This document shows, piece after piece, positions 60,925 to 64,000 of a stretch of DNA of 64,000 nt. The notes under the pieces were generated by a model, which had not been told where the DNA came from, made no database searches, and saw only the letters and a program-made list of their open reading frames with translations. The translations under genes were made by a program, and so were the position numbers. Source of the DNA: Lama glama (taxonomy: Eukaryota); the NCBI GenBank assembly GCA_028534125.1, contig CM052824.1:60202001-60266000 (forward strand), read 5' to 3'. Each line of letters starts with the position of its first letter. The stretch's first letter is position 1.

Positions 60925-61305
60925 CAGCCCTGCAGGCTGCCCAGCTGCCCCAGCAAAGCACCACGGATCAGGGGTTTCAACAAAGACACTTACCCTGTCC
61001 CCGGCCCGGAGGCTGGGACCCGAGGTCAGGTGTGGGCGGGGCAGGGCTCCCCTGACGCCTCTCTCCTTGGCGTGTAGACGGCCGCCTTCGCCCTGCGTCC
61101 TCACACGGTCCCTCTGTGTGTGTCTGTGTCCTGATCTCCTCTTATGATAAGGACACCAGTCCTTGAATTAGGACCTGCCCGTAGGAACTTATTTTACCTT
61201 AATCACCTCTGTGAAGACCCCGTCTCCAAATGCAGGCGCACTCAGAGGTCTTGAGGGTTAGGGCTTCAACGTACACATCTGGCGGCAACGCGGTTCAGCC
61301 CATAT
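60925..61305 (-). mobile_element. MaLR LTR, MLT1B-like
   Basis: ggaggctggga..gaggtcaggtgtgggcgggg...gcctctctccttggcgtgtagacggccgccttc...tgtgtctgtgtcctgatctcctcttatgataaggacaccagtc...accttaatcacctctgtgaagaccccgtctccaaat...gggttagggcttcaac. Confidence 0.9.
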
Positions 61306-64000
61306 ACTGGAGCCTGCGGAGAGCGGGGCTCTGCCCCCTGAGGCAGAGCGAGGCGGTCTCAGAGGATGAGCGGCCAGCCCGCTCCCCAGAGCCCACAGCC
61401 GCCCGCGGGGCCGTCGGGCCGAGTGGCAGTCGGGGAGAAGTGTTCCCACGAGCGTCTGGTGAGGCTGGAGCCGAGCAGGAGCCCGCGTGCCGCTGGTCTG
61501 CTGGTCCCTCTAGTGTCCCAGAGTCGTGAAAATGCCGGTGGACTGACGGAGTGGTGTTTCTAGGCCAGCGAGCCTCTTGGAGGTTGGAGGCACACATGCC
61601 CAGCAGCACCACAAGCCGGCCTTCCCGGCCCGGAGACTCCAAGGGGGTGACGCGGCTTCACGACCCCCGGGAAGAGGCCGACGGGGACGTCTAAGGGACC
61701 CACTCAGCAGAGGTGGGCGCCGGCGCCCTGGCCCCCGACAGCGGTCCTGCCCAGAAACAGGGACCGGGAAGGGTGATGCTCGCAGGAGACCCGGGGCCCA
61801 CGCGGGAGGCCAGCGCCCCACGAGAAGGGACCAGGCCCTGGGGAAAGGCTCCCGCTGGCGGGCGTTGGGCCCCTGGTGAGGCCTGTTTCAGGCTATTGGA
61901 TGTAAAATGGGGCTTATGTTTGGAAAGGGGTGAGGAGACATCAGATCTCTCCGGGAACCTCATTTATACCTTCGCTTACGCCCTGGAGGAGAGACCCCAG
62001 GGCCCAGGAGACAGGTGGCGAGGGACTCCAGGCATCCTGGCACTGCCCCCTGCCCCAGCTTCCTCGCCCATCCTGCTGTTCACTGCGGATTCTGTCACAG
62101 ACAGCCAAGGATGACGATGCTGGTGTCCGAGCGTTCCCAGCTCCTTTCAGACCCCGGTGACCCCATGGGCAGTCGCAAGACCAATGCCCACCTCAGCACC
62201 TGCCCCAGCAGAGAATTCCGTGCGGAAAGGACAGCCCAGAACACAGGCCTGCTCGGCCCAGGAGCTCAGGGTCCCTTTGAGGGTCCTTGCTGGGTCCACT
62301 CTGGACCATTTGTCCTCTTGGACCAGCTGGGCACCCACTCGGCCAGGTGGGATGGCCCATGAGAAGGACAGAGCAGCAGTGCTCACTTGGCCCTGCTGTC
62401 CAAGCCTTAGCAGCAAGCCAGCCCTGTCGCTCACAACAGTTCCAAGAAGCGGATAGCACCCTCCCTCCCTGCCCTGGGCACCCAGGAGAGATGCTCTGTC
62501 TGTCCAAGGCCGCAGAGCGGGGAGGCAGGCAGGGGCCACCCGAGAGCTGGCAAGATGCCGGCCTGCTCCACCTCCACCTGCTCGCTTCCCCAGCGCGGGG
62601 ATAATCCTGTAGGAACCCACGTGCAAGCCTCTCCCAGGTGCTGGATGCTCAGAGACCTTCTCCACTCCCAGAGGTGGCCAGGTGAGGCTGCGGGAAGGCC
62701 CTTGGTGAGGTCAGGTGGCCTGGGCTGGCCGGGGAGACTCAGATGAGCTCCCCTGAGGCTCCATCAAGGCAGGCAGGATCCCCTCCTTAGCCGCGGGAGT
62801 TTTAAAACTGAATCACACACCTTGAACAATTTCGTTAACTAAATCTATCTGGGCTCCAAACGTCCCATCTGGTGTTTGCAACTTAGAGCAAACTCCAAAA
62901 GGATGAAAACGCCCAAGTCCAACGGCCGCCTCTCCCCCTGAGCCTGTCGGGGCCTGTCCAGGGCGCGTGGTCTCACGGCCCTGCGTGTGCCAGACGGGAA
63001 GGGGACCCCGGGGTTTCGCTGGGCATCGGGGAGGGTGGAGCTCACAGCAAGTGGGTGCAGAGGCCCCGTGGGGGGCCTGCATCTTCGCTCTTCCGGGCAG
63101 GAGACAGCTGTCCCACCTCTGACTTGGGGGCTGCTCGTGAGCCGACAACTGCTTGTCCTTGTTCCTGGCCTCTCGTCTCCTGGTAAAGCAGGAAGAGAAC
63201 GTGCGGTGACCACAGGCTGCCTCGGTATTTCTGAAGTGAGTTCTTCCATGACGTAGCTCCCCGTCAGCCAGCCAGCCAGCCCTCGGCGCCGCCCCTCGGC
63301 CGCACGCGCGCGGTCGGCCTGTGCGCGGCCCTCCTGCTAAGCTGGGACCCTGCTCTGATGAGCCGGCCACGCAGGACTCTCCGTCCGCCGCTGCCTGCCC
63401 CTGCCCACCCACTTCGCTCCCAGGACCAGCATCCTTCTCCACCCAGCGGTCCCCACGGCCACCCTGCATGGCTGGGATGGTGACGGTCACACCTGGGCTA
63501 GAGCCGAAGGTGGCCCACGAGGCCGGCACAGGCCCCGCCTGGCTACTTTCCCTGCATGTCCTGCACTCCAGGGAGGTGGCGTGGACCCTCCCCTTGCTTC
63601 TCCAGCCAAGGCACAGCTCCGGGGGCGCCACACACATCCCTGTGGTCGGAGACACGCCTGTTCACCGCAGTGCTCCCAGCAGACAGCGGTCACGTGTCTT
63701 TTAACTCAGCAAGCCCCGACCCGCCCTGGGCTGAAGAGGACGCTGTGGGCCTTCCGCGGGAGGACGGCTTCCCTCCCCTGGGCTCCAGCCCACGAGGCTG
63801 CCCAGGGAGCGACCCGAGGGAGCCCTGCCCGGTCCGCCATCGCCCTGCTGCCCATCAGACGCAGCCCCGGGGAGCCCGCCCTCCCCCACGCAGAGCTGAG
63901 AGGGCGGCCCCCCTGCCCGGGCCCAGAGCCCCAGGACCGGGCCACACGCCGTGTGGGTGGCCCCGCCTCTGCCCGGACGCCCGTCCGCTGTCTGTCCGTG

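Noticed and set aside
58083-62865. Exact 14-mer GGCTCCAAACGTCC shared by two AT-rich islands (58083-96 and 62852-65)
   Set aside because: Several exact 14-mer repeats are expected by chance in 64 kb (about N^2/2/4^14, roughly 8), and the match does not extend.

Overview
GC-rich, CpG-rich placental-mammal genomic DNA with three assembly gaps. The only protein-coding gene I can support is the intronless testis actin-related gene ACTRT2 (16777-15644, minus strand), which has a poly(A) signal and a plausible spermatid-type promoter. By known mammalian synteny (human 1p36.32: TTC34 - ACTRT2 - PRDM16-DT/PRDM16), this should be the gene desert beside PRDM16, with PRDM16 beyond coordinate 1. That placement is inference; no PRDM16 or TTC34 exon is visible. 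The rest is ancient repeats (two large L1 remnants, an L1/LTR nest at ~32.4-40.9 kb, six MLT1 LTRs, MLT2, an ERV1-type solo LTR, an ERVL/LTR16 remnant, MER58B, MER53, MIR/L2), simple repeats, and about 15 short AT-rich motif-dense islands that look like conserved developmental enhancers. The most unusual signal is that normally A-rich, CpG-poor old repeats have been locally rewritten into GC/CpG-rich sequence while staying collinear with their family consensus (clearest at 34735-34880). ACTRT2 appears to show matching GC-ward amino-acid changes. Together these suggest intense GC-biased gene conversion creating CpG-island-like patches from dead transposons. Repeat subfamily calls and ortholog comparisons come from recalled consensus sequences and need RepeatMasker or alignment confirmation. 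Nearly all other ORFs in the track are GC-richness artefacts. I found no evidence of a novel multi-gene system.
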